A stretch of DNA of 64,000 nucleotides from an uncultured Anaerolineaceae bacterium (GCA_964623375.1 CAZUTS010000002.1:43674-107673), one strand, 5' to 3'; shown: positions 20,338 through 30,344, numbered from the stretch's first letter. The notes: generated by a model not told the origin, from the letters alone. Translations and numbers: made by a program.

Positions 20338-20538
20338 GTGGGGCAAATTAGCTTTACGGAGCGGGAAAAGGAAATACTTTTTCAGCTCTCTCTTGGAAAA
20401 TCAAATAGGAGCATTGGGCTTGAACTAAAAATTACTGAAAGCACTGTTGAATTTCATTTGCGCAATATCTTTACAAAACTTCAAGTAAGCAATAGGGCAG
20501 AAGCAATAATCTGGTACTTAAGCCGCCAGAACGGATAA
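20338..20538 (+). CDS. Solo LuxR/GerE-type helix-turn-helix protein
   Basis: FTEREKEIL..LSLGKSNRSI..ELKITESTVEFHLRNIFTKLQVSNRAEA is a complete LuxR HTH with no receiver domain. Confidence 0.88.
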   Translation: MGQISFTEREKEILFQLSLGKSNRSIGLELKITESTVEFHLRNIFTKLQVSNRAEAIIWYLSRQNG

Positions 20539-20706
20539 TTGCCTGAGCAACCCTTGACACCGCGCCCCAATCTGCCGGCCGCCCCCGCCATTCATGATAC
20601 ATACGTCTCGTCGCTGGCGTTTTGCGTAGCAAAACGCCATTAGCAGCGGCGTCAGCCGCTGCGTAGTAGCCACAAAATGTTTTAACTATTCACGCTAGGG
20701 GTGGGG

Positions 20707-20729
20707 ACCCATGATGATGATTAAAACTT
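20707..20729. repeat. 23-bp direct repeat, copy 1 (identical to 63708-63730)
   Basis: ACCCATGATGATGATTAAAACTT is exact in both places. Confidence 0.9.
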
Positions 20730-20730
20730 C

Positions 20731-20764
20731 AATCAGAAATCAACAATCAGCAATCAAAAATCTA
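20731..20764. repeat. Heptamer tandem array
   Basis: AATCAGA AATCAAC AATCAGC AATCAAA AATCTA. Confidence 0.7.
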
Positions 20765-20849
20765 ACTATGCTTCCCCATAATCTCTGCAGTTGCGCTAGC
20801 CACTGTAAGTGGCGCAACTGCATTAGTAGCTGCGCTAGCAGCTACGTAC

Positions 20850-21146
20850 TCATCCGTGCTTCCTTTCGCTTTCCTCAATGGCCCGCAATAACGCTTCTTC
20901 CTCCAGGGTCAGCAAGTACTCCTCTTCCAGCGTGCGCTGTGGGCGCAGCAGGATATAGATGAGCACTCCCGGGATGAAAAGTATCACCGAGAGCAGCACC
21001 GCCAGCAGCCGGCGGCTGGGCTCTCGCAGCCTGGCCGCCGCGTCGCGGTGGGTCCAGTACACCAAGCTGGCCCACAGGGCCAGCAGGAAAACGCCGCCCC
21101 AGATCGTCAGGGCGGTGGCAAGCGTCTGCAATGTGTTCGCATCCAT
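20850..21146 (-). CDS. Small two-TM membrane protein resembling the N-terminus of Chloroflexota zinc-ribbon proteins
   Basis: WASLVYWTHRDA...LFIPGVLIYILLRPQRTLEEEY..TLEEEALL pattern; no CxxC knuckles before the stop. Confidence 0.7.
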   Translation of the reverse strand: MDANTLQTLATALTIWGGVFLLALWASLVYWTHRDAAARLREPSRRLLAVLLSVILFIPGVLIYILLRPQRTLEEEYLLTLEEEALLRAIEESERKHG

Positions 21147-21474
21147 GCCAAAAATTATAGTGATTTCGCCGCGCTGCGCTGAAAACTGGCACTATGTGGA
21201 AGATGAGGCAACAAGGATTCCTCGCTGGTCGGGGTTCGGCGTTCTGGTGCCGCTTTCAAAACCCGCTCGCTCTGCCAGTCTGGTCTTGCATCTCGTGCCA
21301 GCCAGGCGAAGCTGCCTTTGCTTCGCCCGCGCTGCGCAGCAGCGCACCTTGCCTTTCCCTTCCCCACATGCTAAACTTGCTCACGCCACGCGCGGGAGAA
21401 CGCTCTCGATACCCGAGGGCGTTTTTGTGTGTATTCGCCACAAAACTCCACCCCCGCCGTGGGCGAGGCACACA

Positions 21475-22437
21475 ATGGATGTACTCATTACCGGCTCCGT
21501 AGCCTACGATTACCTCATGACCTTCCCGGGTCTCTTCAAAGAGCACCTGCTAGCCGAACACCTCGAGAAAATCTCCCTCTCGTTCCTGGTAGAAAAGCTG
21601 GACCGCCGCCGCGGCGGCATCGCCCCCAACATCGCCTACACCATGGCCCTGCTCGGCGGCAGCCCCCGCGTCATGGCCGCCGTTGGCGAAGACTTTGCCG
21701 ATTACCGTGCCTTCCTCAAGACCCACGGCGTAGACACCACCAATATGGAAGTCATCGAGGGCACCTTCACCGCCTCGTTCTTCGCCACCACAGACCGCTC
21801 CAACGCCCAGGTCGCCAGCTTCTACCCCGGCGCCATGGCCCACGCCAGCCAGCTCTCGCTCAAAACGGTCAAGGGCGGCACGCCTCAGCTCGTCATCATC
21901 TCTCCTAACGACCCGGCCGCCATGCAGCAATATGTCGCCGAGTGCCAGGAGCTCAACATCCCCTACGTCTACGACCCCAGCCAACAGATCGTGCGCTTTG
22001 ACGGCAGCATTCTGCGCACCGGGGTAGAGGCCGCCCACGCCATGTTCATGAACGAGTACGAGTTTGAGCTCGTCAAAGACAAGACTGGCATGGATGACCA
22101 GGCCATCCTCTCGCACCTTGACTATATGGTCGTCACCCTCGGCCCTAAGGGCGCCGATATCTACACCAAAGACGGCAAAACCTGGGTCGAAGCGGTGCCC
22201 ACCGACACCATCGTAGACCCCACCGGCGGCGGTGATGCCTTCCGCGCCGGCTTCCTCACCGGCGTCAGCCTCGGCCTCGATTGGGAGACCTGCGGCCGCA
22301 TCGGCTCCCTCGCCGCCACCTACTGCCTGGAGCAGGCCGGCCCGCAGACGCACCACTTCTCCCCGGCCGATTTCGTCACCCGCTATCGTGAACACTATGA
22401 CGATGCGGGCAAGCTGGATGGTTTAGGGCAAAATTGA
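21475..22437 (+). CDS. PfkB-family carbohydrate kinase, probable adenosine kinase
   Basis: GSVAYD, RRGGIAPNIAY, YDPSQQ, NEYE and VDPTGGGDAFRAG motifs, resembling bacterial adenosine kinases. Lies directly upstream of ahcY. Confidence 0.8.
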   Translation: MDVLITGSVAYDYLMTFPGLFKEHLLAEHLEKISLSFLVEKLDRRRGGIAPNIAYTMALLGGSPRVMAAVGEDFADYRAFLKTHGVDTTNMEVIEGTFTASFFATTDRSNAQVASFYPGAMAHASQLSLKTVKGGTPQLVIISPNDPAAMQQYVAECQELNIPYVYDPSQQIVRFDGSILRTGVEAAHAMFMNEYEFELVKDKTGMDDQAILSHLDYMVVTLGPKGADIYTKDGKTWVEAVPTDTIVDPTGGGDAFRAGFLTGVSLGLDWETCGRIGSLAATYCLEQAGPQTHHFSPADFVTRYREHYDDAGKLDGLGQN

Positions 22438-22487
22438 TTAACCGATTATCGGATTAATCGATTAATCTGTTAATCGATTAACCGTTT
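22435..22487. repeat. Octamer tandem/inverted array (CGATTAA[C/T])
   Basis: TGATTAAC CGATTATC GGATTAAT CGATTAAT CTGTTAAT CGATTAAC. Confidence 0.7.
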
Positions 22488-22515
22488 CGAAACAAACTTA
22501 GGAATGGAGTACTAA

Positions 22516-23784
<1,269 letters not shown>

Positions 23785-23785
23785 G

Positions 23786-23821
23786 AAACAAAAAGACCGG
23801 CGAAAGCCGGTCTTTTTGTTT
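23786..23821. terminator. Terminator after ahcY
   Basis: AAACAAAAAGACCGGC-gaaa-GCCGGTCTTTTTGTTT. Confidence 0.85.
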
Positions 23822-23825
23822 CAAT

Positions 23826-24013
23826 TGTCATTGCGAGGAGTGCTGAAAGTTGCATGTTCATGCAACTTTCAGCCGACGAAGCAATCTAGCCTTGTCATTC
23901 CGAACGAGCCGCGTAGTGGCGAGGAGGAATCCTTTAGGGCATTCGAAACCAAGTTGAGCTTGTGTGTTCTGAAGGCTTCCTCATCCTTGTTTGCGCTCAG
24001 GTTCGGAATAACA
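23826..24013. repeat. Composite CGTC-type repeat cluster
   Basis: TGTCATTGCGAGGAG...GACGAAGCAATCT abuts TGTCATTCCGAACGAG...TTCGGAATAACA. Confidence 0.8.
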
Positions 24014-24035
24014 GTATGAGTATGAAGAAGGCGCA

Positions 24036-24533
24036 CTACCCGTGCACCCGGATCACCTTGCCGCCGCTGATGCGCTGCAGCGCATCCGGCGGCAACGGAA
24101 ACACCGCGTGCGGCGTACCGGCCGCCGCCCATACTTCGGCGTACTGCAGCAAGTCCTCGTCGATGTAGGTCTTCGCCGGCTGCAGGTTGGCGGCCAGCGG
24201 CTGGTGCCCAAAAGGCGGTACCCCGCCGATGGCGAAGCCGGTCAGCGTGCGCACAAAGTCGGCGTCCGCCTTTCCCAGCGTCTCACCGGTGGCCTCGGCC
24301 ACCAGGGCCTCGTCCACCCGGTTGCTGCCGCTGGTCAGGATGATGACACCCTCATCTTCCGCATTGCGGAAGATGAGGGATTTCACGATCTGGCCCAGCT
24401 CGCAGCCAATAGCAGCGGCCGCATCGGCTGCGGTGCGGGTGGTGATCTCGAATTCCACCACTTCGCCCGGCAGCCCGTGCTGGCGAATGGTGTCCTGGAA
24501 GGCGATGGCTGTGGCGTTGGTGGGGGTGCGCAT
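24036..24533 (-). CDS. YbaK/EbsC (aminoacyl-tRNA deacylase-like) protein
   Basis: TRTAADAAAAIGC..GQIVKSL, GFAIGGVPPFGH and WAAAGTP motifs. Confidence 0.9.
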   Translation of the reverse strand: MRTPTNATAIAFQDTIRQHGLPGEVVEFEITTRTAADAAAAIGCELGQIVKSLIFRNAEDEGVIILTSGSNRVDEALVAEATGETLGKADADFVRTLTGFAIGGVPPFGHQPLAANLQPAKTYIDEDLLQYAEVWAAAGTPHAVFPLPPDALQRISGGKVIRVHG

Positions 24534-24534
24534 C

Positions 24535-25083
24535 CTACTCCGAAACGGTGATATCTAGATAGAAGCCCACGCCGAACAGGTTGCCGTCAAAATCGTGGGC
24601 CTTCCACAGGCTGCGATAGTTGCCGGGCTCGCTGGGCGCGGTAAATTGAATGGTCAGCACAATGCTTTCGCCGGGCTGCGCAGGCGGCAGCGGGTGGCGC
24701 GGTACAGCGCCCAAGCCGATGCTGCCGGCTTGCAGCTCCACAATGTAGCCTTGGATCCAGGCACAGGTGCCATCATTGCGCAACTCCCAGCTCTTCTCGA
24801 CGGAGGCACCCGGTGCGAAGCGTGTGCCATCCGGCACATTCACATCGCGCAGAAAAACGAGATTGTTTTCGCATTCCGGGGTGGGGCTGGGCGGTGGCGA
24901 GGTGGGCGTTTCCAGTTGGATGGCTTGTGAGTTGCCCACCACGGTGGGCGCAATGAAAAAGCCTTGCTCGCTGGGCAACACGCTGCGGCTGCATGCGGTA
25001 ACAAACAACGCGCCGATCAAGAGCAGGGCAGCTCTTGATACGGCGCGTTGTGTAGCAAAGCTAGGCGAGAGTTGGCTGCGCAA
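24535..25083 (-). CDS. NBR1-Ig-like domain lipoprotein (start uncertain; TTG assumed)
   Basis: Lipobox VTAC, DVNVPDGT.FAPG....KSWELRNDGTCAW and PGNYRSLW pattern. Confidence 0.75.
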   Translation of the reverse strand: MRSQLSPSFATQRAVSRAALLLIGALFVTACSRSVLPSEQGFFIAPTVVGNSQAIQLETPTSPPPSPTPECENNLVFLRDVNVPDGTRFAPGASVEKSWELRNDGTCAWIQGYIVELQAGSIGLGAVPRHPLPPAQPGESIVLTIQFTAPSEPGNYRSLWKAHDFDGNLFGVGFYLDITVSE

Positions 25084-25093
25084 ACTCTGGGAC

Positions 25094-26182
25094 TTAAACT
25101 TCCACTGCCTCCAATTCGGCGTTTTCTGGTTCAAGGATGGCACTCTCTTCGGTCTCAATGTAGCCAACAGGGTCCTGGGTGAGCACCTTCTCGCGGATCT
25201 GCTGCTCGATCACATCAGCAATTTCAGGGTGGTCTCGCAGGTAATCCTTGGCGTTTTCGCGGCCCTGGCCCAGGCGATCATCGCCATAGTTGTAGAACGA
25301 GCCACGCTTGGCGATGATCTCGTAATTCACGGCCAAGTCGAGCAGGTCACCGCTCTTGGAGATGCCTTCATTATACATAATGTCAAATTCGGCTACTTGG
25401 AAGGGCGCGGCCACCTTGTTCTTGACCACGCGCACACGTGTGCGGTTGCCAACAACATCTTGGCCCGTCTTGATGGATTGAATGCGGCGCACATCCATAC
25501 GCACGGAGGCGTAGAACTTGAGCGCCATGCCACCGGTGGTAGTCTCAGGGTTGCCGAACATCACACCGATCTTTTGGCGCAGCTGGTTGGTGAAGACCAC
25601 CGCTGTGTTGGTCTGCTTGATGACGCCAGACATCTTGCGCAGCGCCTGCGACATCAGGCGGGCTTGCATACCCATCGTGGCGTCACCCATGTCGCCTTCG
25701 ATCTCGGAGCGGGGCACCAGCGCCGCCACCGAGTCAACCACGACCAGGTCCACGGCACCCGAACGCACCAGCGCCTCGGCGATCTCGAGTGCCTGCTCGC
25801 CAGTGTCCGGCTGGGCCACCAGCAGCTTCTCAACGTCTACGCCGCACTTGGCCGCGTAGTTGGGGTCGAGGGCGTGTTCCATGTCAATGAAGGCTGCCGT
25901 GCCGCCGCGCTTCTGTACCTCAGCCACGATGTGTTGGCAGATGGTGGTCTTGCCCGAAGATTCCGGGCCATAGATCTCGGTGACGCGGCCGCGGGGAATG
26001 CCGCCAACGCCGAGCGCAATATCCAGTGAAAGCGAGCTGGTCGGGATGGCCTCAACCTGCATGCCGTGGGCTTCGCCCAGGCGCATGATGCTGCCTTCGC
26101 CGTAACGCTTGGTGATCTCGCCCAGGGTCTTGAGTAAAACCTTGTTGCGCTCGTCTGCGTGTCCGTTGTCTGTTGCCATCAT
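25094..26182 (-). CDS. recA: Recombinase RecA
   Basis: [37 protein letters not shown] and [10 protein letters not shown] motifs. RBS AGGAG. Confidence 0.98.
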   Translation of the reverse strand: MMATDNGHADERNKVLLKTLGEITKRYGEGSIMRLGEAHGMQVEAIPTSSLSLDIALGVGGIPRGRVTEIYGPESSGKTTICQHIVAEVQKRGGTAAFIDMEHALDPNYAAKCGVDVEKLLVAQPDTGEQALEIAEALVRSGAVDLVVVDSVAALVPRSEIEGDMGDATMGMQARLMSQALRKMSGVIKQTNTAVVFTNQLRQKIGVMFGNPETTTGGMALKFYASVRMDVRRIQSIKTGQDVVGNRTRVRVVKNKVAAPFQVAEFDIMYNEGISKSGDLLDLAVNYEIIAKRGSFYNYGDDRLGQGRENAKDYLRDHPEIADVIEQQIREKVLTQDPVGYIETEESAILEPENAELEAVEV

Positions 26183-26192
26183 CTTCTCCTGT

Positions 26193-26248
26193 AGTACAAT
26201 CGTTCTATAAAGTGTTCTAAATATAGAACAAATGTTTATCTGTGTCAA
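26193..26248 (-). promoter_or_regulatory. recA promoter (TTGACA-N17-TATATT) with two LexA (SOS) boxes
   Basis: On the minus strand, -35 at 26248-26243 and -10 at 26225-26220. Boxes AGAAC-AAAT-GTTTA (26225-26238) and AGTAC-AATC-GTTCT (26193-26206) match GAAC-N4-GTTC. Confidence 0.75.
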
Positions 26249-26309
26249 GGCATCTTTAGGGCAGATTGGGGCTGTTCAAAACGGGCAAGTGCATGTATCA
26301 TCTTGCGGC

Positions 26310-26378
26310 GCTGTTGCCCCTTTCAGCAATGCGCGCATTTGTTCAGGCTGTTGGTGCGCTCCGCGGCAAACTGGCAGC
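26310..26378 (+). promoter_or_regulatory. Candidate structured rpsD 5' leader
   Basis: Starts just after a TATCAT -10 (26296-26301). Nested pairings GCTG/CAGC, TTGCC/GGCAA and GCGCA/TGCGC. Confidence 0.4.
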
Positions 26379-26402
26379 TAAGTACAAACATAAGGAAGCA
26401 GA

Positions 26403-27002
26403 ATGAAGGAATCAAAGGTTAAACGCTCTCGGGCGCTGGGCATCCCCCTGACCCCGAAGGCCATCAAAGTCATGGAGCGCCGCCCGAATCCCCCGGGGCA
26501 GCACGGTAGCCAGAACCAGTGGCGCCGCAGCTCTGACTATAAGATGCAGTTGCTGCAGAAGCAGCGCCTGCGCTACCAGTACAACATCCGTGAGAAGCAG
26601 ATGCTGGGCTACATGAAGAAGGCGCTCAAGGGCTCCGGCCTGACGTCTGAGCATCTGATCGCGCTGCTCGAGTCTCGCCTGGATGCGCTGGTGCTGCGCG
26701 CTGGCTTTGCCCGCACCATCTACGCCGCCCGTCAGTTTGTGTCTCACCGTCACGTTACCGTGAACGGCGAGCGCATCAACATCCCTTCGTACTCCGTGAA
26801 GCCCGGTGATGTCATCGCCATTCACGAGAAGAGCCGCAAGATCGCAGCCTTCACCGAAGCGATGGAGAGTGTGGGCAACGTGCCCCCGTACTTGGAAGTG
26901 GACAAGAAGAACATGGCCGCCAAGTATGTGCGCCTGCCCGAACTGCAGGAAGTGCCCATTATCTGTGAACTGAACCAGGTGGTTGAGTACTACTCCCGCT
27001 AG
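26403..27002 (+). CDS. rpsD: 30S ribosomal protein S4, Cys-free, stand-alone
   Basis: PPGQHG, SDY..QL..KQRLR..Y, LESRLDALVLRAGFA.TI.AARQFVSHRH and VVEYYSR motifs. Confidence 0.95.
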   Translation: MKESKVKRSRALGIPLTPKAIKVMERRPNPPGQHGSQNQWRRSSDYKMQLLQKQRLRYQYNIREKQMLGYMKKALKGSGLTSEHLIALLESRLDALVLRAGFARTIYAARQFVSHRHVTVNGERINIPSYSVKPGDVIAIHEKSRKIAAFTEAMESVGNVPPYLEVDKKNMAAKYVRLPELQEVPIICELNQVVEYYSR

Positions 27003-27020
27003 TCTGCACCACAACACAAT

Positions 27021-27050
27021 AAAAACGGCCAGCATTTGCTGGCCGTTTTT
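27021..27050. terminator. Bidirectional terminator between rpsD and M23 gene
   Basis: AAAAACGGCCAGC-attt-GCTGGCCGTTTTT. Confidence 0.85.
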
Positions 27051-27052
27051 GT

Positions 27053-28165
27053 TTACTGGTCTGGCACACCCACCAGCGGCGTCTGCGCTGGCAGGCTGAA
27101 GTCGAAACCTTCGTTGCCTTCAAAATGAAAATAGGTCACCGCACCCGGCAGAATCTCCACCTCTACGCGGCGCCAGGTGCCGCGGTAGGGCACAGACACT
27201 TCGTAGAGGCCAGCGGGCAGGTTGGTCAGCACTATATTCTCTTTGTAATACGGGTCAGGCTGAATGCGATTGCCCGTGAAATAAGTGTATGTGCTCCACA
27301 GTTGTTCCGTTTCGGCAGAACGCACTTCGATCAGCCAGTTGAGCAGCACTTGATTGCGTTCGTTGGTGACACGGCCCACCAGCACGCCGTAGCCTTCAGG
27401 GGGGGCCAGCCATAGCTCCGGGTTGTAGGTGTTGTAAGTATTGTTCTCACCACTACGCACTTCAAAGTGCAAGTGCGGCCCGGTGGAGAGGCCGGTGTTG
27501 CCAGACATGGCGATCACTTCGCCTTGCTGCACGCGCTGGCCAACTTCAACATTCACCTCGCGCAAGTGCGCGTACACCGTCCAGATGCGGCCACCGTCGT
27601 AACCGAAATTATGGCGAATGACGATGGAGATGCCATAGGGATCATCCAGAAAATAGGGCGAGTTGTAGGTTTGGCCATAGCTGGCCCACACGATGGTGCC
27701 GTCTCCGGCGGCGCGCACCGGTGTGCCTGCATCCATGCCCACATCCAAGCCCATGTGCGGCTCATTGGGATTGCTGCTGGCGTCCTGGCGCACGCCGTAG
27801 CGTTGGCTGGGTGAATACAGGCCCAGGTGCACATTGGCCACGGGGAAGGTGAAATAGAAGTGGTCGTTCGGGCTGAGCGCCAAAGGAGCCTGGATAGCAG
27901 GAAAGCCGCTATACGGCTCCGGCGTGCTGGCGAACTGCGCCTCATTGATGGGGAAGGGCGCCAGGGTGGGCTGCTCGTAGGTGGGCCAGGCGATGCTGGG
28001 TAGCTCGATTGTGGCGCCGGGGGTGCTGCTGGGCGCCTCAGTGAGTGTTGGCGCGGCGGTTGCGCTGGGAGCCGGCGTGTCACTGGGCACGGGCGTAGGC
28101 TGCGGCGCACAGGCGGCGAGCAGCCCGGCGAGCCAGATCAGTTCGAGCGCGCGCACGGGCTTCAT
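27053..28165 (-). CDS. M23 family metallopeptidase lipoprotein
   Basis: Lipobox LAAC, HMGLD (HxxxD) and GPHLHFEVR (HxH) motifs, plus a C-terminal beta domain. Confidence 0.92.
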   Translation of the reverse strand: MKPVRALELIWLAGLLAACAPQPTPVPSDTPAPSATAAPTLTEAPSSTPGATIELPSIAWPTYEQPTLAPFPINEAQFASTPEPYSGFPAIQAPLALSPNDHFYFTFPVANVHLGLYSPSQRYGVRQDASSNPNEPHMGLDVGMDAGTPVRAAGDGTIVWASYGQTYNSPYFLDDPYGISIVIRHNFGYDGGRIWTVYAHLREVNVEVGQRVQQGEVIAMSGNTGLSTGPHLHFEVRSGENNTYNTYNPELWLAPPEGYGVLVGRVTNERNQVLLNWLIEVRSAETEQLWSTYTYFTGNRIQPDPYYKENIVLTNLPAGLYEVSVPYRGTWRRVEVEILPGAVTYFHFEGNEGFDFSLPAQTPLVGVPDQ

Positions 28166-29910
28166 GGGCGCGGTGTGTTGATCTGTTCCAGCGTATATAG
28201 CTGCTGCATAGCCGCCTGCCAGCTCAAGCCTTCACGCAGGGCGAACTGAGTCAGCAGTGTGGATGGGAAGAAGTTGCGCCAGTTACCCTGCGCGGGCAAA
28301 CGGTCAAAGCCGTATTCAGCCGCCAGGGCGGTGAAATCGAGCCAATAGCCATCGGGCAGCTCAGTGGCCAGCTTGCCGCCATCTTGATAGCTGTCTTCAA
28401 TGCCAGAATAACGCGCGACAAAATCCCACGGGTGCTGTGTTAGTGGCTGGCCCAGGCCGCCAGTATCAGCAACTGTGCGCAGGTAGATGCGCCAGTAGGT
28501 CTGCCCGCCGATCTCCTCACGCACGGCGGCCAGCCATCCTGCGTTGAGCAGGCCGCTGCGCAGCTCAAAGGCGCGGCCGGTGTACAGCCAGCTCTCGTAC
28601 TGACCCGGCGGCAGCGGCACACTGAGCGGGGTGAGCGCATTGTCCAGGCTCGATAGCGCATCCCATCCCAACAGTTGCGCCGTGCGCTGGCGCAATGCTT
28701 CAAAGCGCAAGATAGCCGCGTTGCTCAGTTGTGGGGTGGGTGCAAAGACATCGGTGAGAGGCGTGGCCTGGAAGTTGGCGCTCATGGGCTGTGCCCACAG
28801 GGGCTGACTCTGGGCCACGGCGGCGGCTTGCAGCGGCGGTGCTAAAGCCGCCGGCCATTCGCCTGCGCCCCAGGTTGCGCCGTGCAAATTGCCCGGCAGG
28901 GCTTGCGGCGCCAGCGCCAGCTGCCCGTCCAGCGTATAGGCAGTGAGGTAGCTCTCGCCCTGGTTGCTCACCTCCGCCAGCAGCACATCCCCCGCCGGGC
29001 TCCAGCGTGGCTGTTGGCCAGCGCCAACGTAGCGCGGCGCACTCAGCAGATCGCTGACGTAGAGGTTCCACACACCATTACTGTCCTGCTCGGCCCAGGC
29101 CAGCCAGCGGCCGTCCGGCGACCAGGCCGGGGCGGCCTGCGCGCCGCTGGCCTGGGCCAGTTGGGCGAAGCGACCGTCGCCTTCCTGATCCAGGTTGAGC
29201 AGCCACAGCGCGGCAACGCCGCTGCGGTCAGAAATAAAGGCCAGTTGCTGCGCCCCGGGCCGCCAGGCAGGCGAATGGTCACGCGCCGGCGAGAGGCTGA
29301 CGTAGATTGGCTCGACGGAGCCATCCAGCGGGCGAATGGCGACTTCAAGGTTGCCGTCATGGTCGTGTGTGTAGGCCAACCAGCCATTGTCTGACCAGCT
29401 TGGGCTGCCGTCATAGGCGGCATCGTTAGTGAGCTGGGCGGTGATACCGGTAGCCAGCTCCAGCACGTACAGATCCCAATTGCCGCCGCGGTTGGAGGCG
29501 AAGGCCACCAGGTTGTCACGCGGGGACAACGCCGGGCTGAGGTCATCCCATTCGCCATAGGTCAGGTGCGTCAGCGGCTGGCCCAGTAGTTGATGGCTGA
29601 AGAGGCGCGTGTAGCCGTGTTCGCTCAGGCTGAGGATGCGCAAGCCATCCAGCGAGCGGCCCGCGCCCACCACTTGGGGAGCGATAGTCTGCGTAGCCTT
29701 GGCCGTGGGCGTAGGTTCAATGAGTTCAGGTGTAACGGTCTCAGTGCTGAGTGCGGCGGCCTGGCCGCTTTCAGGAGCATACCAATCCGCCAGCAGCGGG
29801 CCGGCGAAGAGGAACAGCAGCACGATGGCGAGGAAGACGCCGGCGGCGGCCAGGCGCAGCCAATAGCCTAGCGAGTGACGTAGCGGGGAGGGGGTGGGGT
29901 CTGAAAGCAT
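28162..29910 (-). CDS. TolB-like PD40/beta-propeller membrane-anchored protein
   Basis: Repeated PALSP/PSWS/PAWRP/PAWSPDG units, N-terminal TM, extra C-terminal domain. Confidence 0.8.
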   Translation of the reverse strand: MLSDPTPSPLRHSLGYWLRLAAAGVFLAIVLLFLFAGPLLADWYAPESGQAAALSTETVTPELIEPTPTAKATQTIAPQVVGAGRSLDGLRILSLSEHGYTRLFSHQLLGQPLTHLTYGEWDDLSPALSPRDNLVAFASNRGGNWDLYVLELATGITAQLTNDAAYDGSPSWSDNGWLAYTHDHDGNLEVAIRPLDGSVEPIYVSLSPARDHSPAWRPGAQQLAFISDRSGVAALWLLNLDQEGDGRFAQLAQASGAQAAPAWSPDGRWLAWAEQDSNGVWNLYVSDLLSAPRYVGAGQQPRWSPAGDVLLAEVSNQGESYLTAYTLDGQLALAPQALPGNLHGATWGAGEWPAALAPPLQAAAVAQSQPLWAQPMSANFQATPLTDVFAPTPQLSNAAILRFEALRQRTAQLLGWDALSSLDNALTPLSVPLPPGQYESWLYTGRAFELRSGLLNAGWLAAVREEIGGQTYWRIYLRTVADTGGLGQPLTQHPWDFVARYSGIEDSYQDGGKLATELPDGYWLDFTALAAEYGFDRLPAQGNWRNFFPSTLLTQFALREGLSWQAAMQQLYTLEQINTPRP

Positions 29911-29933
29911 GGAACGAGAAGCTCTGGCGTTGT

Positions 29934-30344
29934 TTACTCTGTGACGATGAAATCGATGGCGTGCTCGTGCACGATCTCCTTGGCATTGTTGAGCAACTCA
30001 CCGGAGCTGCTCTCCAGCGGGCTCTCGGTCTGCTGCGCTTCAATGTCAGCATAGAAGACCCGCGCTTTCAGCGTGTAGCGGCCGGGGGTGCGCGGCTGGC
30101 GCAAGTGCATCACGAATTCCATGATGGGGTCGATCGCCTCCACCACGCTGACGGTGGCGAGGGTCTGCCCGGCCTCATTGACGACGATGGCCTCGACGTT
30201 GGGGCGTTTTTGGAAGGGCGTGATGTCAATGCGCACCTGGATGCGCACACCATCCGGGCGTGGCTGGGCTTCCAGCTCGCGGATACGTACTTCGTTAGGG
30301 GGCACGGGGGCCTCGCCCGCTTCGGTAAAGAAGATGTCTGACAT
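29934..30344 (-). CDS. Conserved hypothetical protein
   Basis: MSDIFF...PPNEVRIREL...DG.RI.V.IDITPFQKRPN. Co-oriented and closely packed with the TolB-like gene. Confidence 0.7.
   Translation of the reverse strand: MSDIFFTEAGEAPVPPNEVRIRELEAQPRPDGVRIQVRIDITPFQKRPNVEAIVVNEAGQTLATVSVVEAIDPIMEFVMHLRQPRTPGRYTLKARVFYADIEAQQTESPLESSSGELLNNAKEIVHEHAIDFIVTE

Noticed and set aside
18684-20540. Integron cassette interpretation of the AT-rich inserts
   Set aside because: No attC-like RYYYAAC...GTTRRRY imperfect palindromes were found at gene boundaries, and there is no integrase.
20711-20962. ORF starting MMMIKT from the 23-bp repeat (similar 39-aa ORF from 63712)
   Set aside because: No RBS; the sequences diverge right after the repeat, and the first is built from heptamer repeats and hairpins.
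21147-21474. SAH or SAM riboswitch upstream of the kinase-ahcY operon
   Set aside because: I could not find the SAH or SAM-I consensus cores; the structured parts resemble degenerate CGTC repeat ends. An Infernal scan would be decisive.
20959-21474. Long N-terminal extensions in the ORF track (also 5831, 7227, 14755, 29934-30623, 50863-52302)
   Set aside because: They overlap other genes or repeats; family motifs and RBS support the shorter starts used here.
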